This document shows positions 61,210-64,000 of a stretch of 64,000 nt of DNA, piece after piece; the stretch's first letter is position 1, and each line of letters opens with the position of its first letter. The stretch is from Catajapyx aquilonaris. Taxonomy: Eukaryota. Under the pieces are notes generated by a model. That model searched no databases. It was not told the DNA's origin and saw only the letters and a program-made list of their open reading frames with translations. Location of the stretch: contig KZ538026.1 of assembly GCA_000934665.2 (NCBI GenBank), positions 1 to 64,000 of the forward strand, written 5' to 3'. The translations under genes and the position numbers were made by a program.

Positions 61210-64000
61210 TACGCTAAAGTGATTGTAATGCAACAAAAGCAATATTTATCGAAATCACAGACCCCATTTTTCTTTAAGAGAGTGACTTTCTTCGACCCCT
61301 TCAGATTTTTCGACCAAGTTCGTACGATCCGATCGGAACTAAAAAGTTTTCCGGTGCACAAACATTGTTACCATGTTGACCGAGTAGACCCCAAAAATAC
61401 CTTCATTCGCTCATCCGGAATCAACAATTGGACGCCTCTATCCGTCTCAATTCGTCACGCCCTAACAAACACACCAGACTTTTACAACAATGATTCTTCC
61501 CGCCCTTGTGTATACAAATTGGGCTGGAAATTTTTTGCGCATTGTTGGACCTGTCAGTTAAAAAGACAGTGTACTTACCCCCAGTACAGTTGCAGCAGTG
61601 CGGTTGAAAGAGTAAGTGTGTGTAGCAAAGACATTTTCCCCTCCCCAGTTTTTGGAGCAAAAGGTTTGGCCCCAGCGGATATGCTGATTAGGGAAGCCCT
61701 GCAACTGCAGTACCTTTTAGCAGCAAAGGAATGAAAATGGTGGGGAGCAGTTGTGGCAAATTCTCCTTCCCTCCCCCTCTCCACACCCCTCTCCACCCCC
61801 CCCACTTTGCATCGCGCTCATATAAATTAACCTCAACCCGTCTGAATAATTTGGCTTGACTCGGCTCGATCTCCAATTCCGCAGCTCGCGGTTATACCGC
61901 TCAAGTTAAAACCGGACCTATACTGTGTGAGAGGAGGAGGAGGGGGGGGGGGAGAGTTTTCATATCTACAGCAGGCCCAGGGGCGGAATTAATTTCATAT
62001 TTGACTACAATTTGCAATTAATTAGTCCGTCATGTCGCCAATCTTGGCTTACAAGAATAGGATGCAGATGCTGCTCCGAAATTTTTGTATACGAAAGGCT
62101 CTGGCAACAACGGATTGTTTTCTTTCATCGTTATTCCNGGGGGGGGGGGGAACGCGGTGTAAAAAGCTTTCAAGATCCTTGTCTCGCCATTTTCGACCGA
62201 TATTGATTGCTTCTCTCGGGCCTTTCCGTCGGTGTGTAAATAAGATTTTCCAGGGGTTGGTGTGGGTGGAAAGGACGGATTTTCCTGAGGTGTCAATGCG
62301 ACTTGGGAGAGAGAGTCTCTGTTCTGAATATTCAATAGGCGTCACGGCGCGTGTAGGCAGACACAAAAGCACTTCATTATTAATTCGTCAGCAGTACTTG
62401 CAAGAAATCATGCACCGTTTTACTGCAGGAAATAATAACTTTTCTTTTGCTCATTGCTCAACGTGACAGTTCATAACACGCTCCAATTATTTGCAACATT
62501 TTCGCGACGTTTAGACCTCGGATACCATAGTAAATCGTCCGATACGGCCAGAAGGAAAGGGATGCCATTTACATAGCCAAGGCTCTACCTTTTCGCGTTA
62601 ATATTTACAGCATTTACATACTAAATGAGGCCGGATGATAGCCTTGTCGGATTTCAAGACTAAAACCAATACGCTAGAGTCTTGCCTCCGGACGCCAGGC
62701 TTTTCTATATACAGGGTGTTCCAATATCTGTGCAGTTTTTCTGCACCCCCATCACACGGTCCCCGTGTAAGTGAGACCTCTCTGAATTTGGTGCGGCTGG
62801 TTTAGCTGGTCCGCCACCACTTTTCCGAATGGATTCCCGGGCCGTTTCATCGCAAAAACGGTGCCGGGGTGATTATGGCCTGGTTAGTTGGGTTTAGGCC
62901 CGGGCTGACACTCCTGGCTGTGTTCCCCCCTGGGTGCAAAACCTGCTGGGAGTTTGGGTTGACAACAAACATGCTTGCAACAAACGGGGGTGTCCCTTCA
63001 AAACAAAACGAGTGCGATTGTATGTGTGTGAGCCCATGAAAATCGGGGGGGCTGAGTTTCCACTTCTTTGGAGCTGCAGAACACACCGACCCTAATTGGT
63101 GTGCACACCAGTGAGGGGGGCATCTAACTTGGGTTAATCAAGGCCGGCATTTTTTGGTTCGCCACCGGATCCTAATAGGGGGGGCAGCTTTCTGTCCGAA
63201 TTTGCATGAAACAATGGGGGTTCAGATGAAGGGAAAATAGGGAAAGAGTTGGCCTGCAAGGTGCCTATGGGAATACATTTAAAAAAATGCATGCAGTAAA
63301 CTTGACGTTTGCTAATCCGCTTTATCCAAAGAATATTCAGTGTTGAATATTTTACGCCTGCGAGATATACTGTCCGTGATACAAGGGTGCGGTTGTATAC
63401 ATCACAGGATAAACCGAAAGCAAAAGAAATGTACTGGCTTTTCATAGTGGAACCAAATGATGTTAAACATATATTTAGTGGGGAACAACTGGCATAAACT
63501 GTGTATAATAAAAGCAACCTCAGTTCCATCATTAATATGGAAATTAACGGGCTCTTAAACAGCCTCTGTGCAACTCACTTAGTTGTAAAACCGTCCTCAC
63601 TAGGCCGCCACTATCTTCGGGGAGAACCGTCTTTTTTTAATTTTTTTAGTTGCTTATTTGGTGACGTCTCGTAATTGGGAGGTCTGTTTACGACCAAGAC
63701 ACTGGTACACCACTCTCCGGCTGTTTACACATAATAAAAAGGTCCACATGGTGCGGACATTCCGTGGGCACTTTGGACCTCGTTATACCCATTTTCACTC
63801 CCCATTGGACGGGGGAAAGAGCAGGGCTAAAAAACAGTCACACAAACGCCGTCTAGTAGCCCACTAAAAAAAAAATACGAATCGTTATTAGAACGCTGAT
63901 GAGAAGGATTTAAAGGGCTTATCTGGCTCTCATTTTTCAGCGAACTCCTGGAATTAAATTCCTTCAGCTAACTGTAACCCTCTGCGAATAGGCGATAAAC

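Noticed and set aside
8926..62150. Long G/C homopolymer runs as G-quadruplex elements
   Set aside because: They are scattered, and several contain Ns (8926, 39665, 62138), so run lengths are unreliable.
47700..64000. Many 60-190 aa ORFs upstream of the predicted KChIP promoter
   Set aside because: They are driven by homopolymers or microsatellites and show no protein motifs or exon chain that I could recognise; further distal exons cannot be excluded.

Overview
This is eukaryotic DNA from an invertebrate, probably an arthropod (TCAGTT initiator, CTAAT branch points); it is not prokaryotic and has no operons or CRISPR array. The well-supported feature is a minus-strand Kv channel-interacting protein gene (KChIP/KCNIP family, four EF-hands). 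Its five core coding exons are 12889-12695, 10045-9904, 4240-4099, 3819-3757 and 3688-3641, all GT-AG and phase-compatible. A likely first coding exon lies 31.4 kb upstream (44347-44284), and a likely promoter with a non-coding first exon lies at about 46820-46664; the joined product is 217 aa. The most interesting unexplained signal is a chain of plus-strand exon-like segments from about 4.4 to 27.4 kb, interleaved with the KChIP exons. Their translations follow, in order, motifs I recall from NWD1/NWD2-type proteins (DUF4062-like N-terminus, NACHT, WD40), with a degenerate Walker A, an apparent frameshift and stops. That match is by eye from memory and needs an HMM or tblastn test. The rest is intronic or intergenic, with several MITEs and fold-back palindromes, a three-copy dispersed repeat, a tRNA-derived SINE-like element and a frame-preserving CCAAT-box minisatellite.
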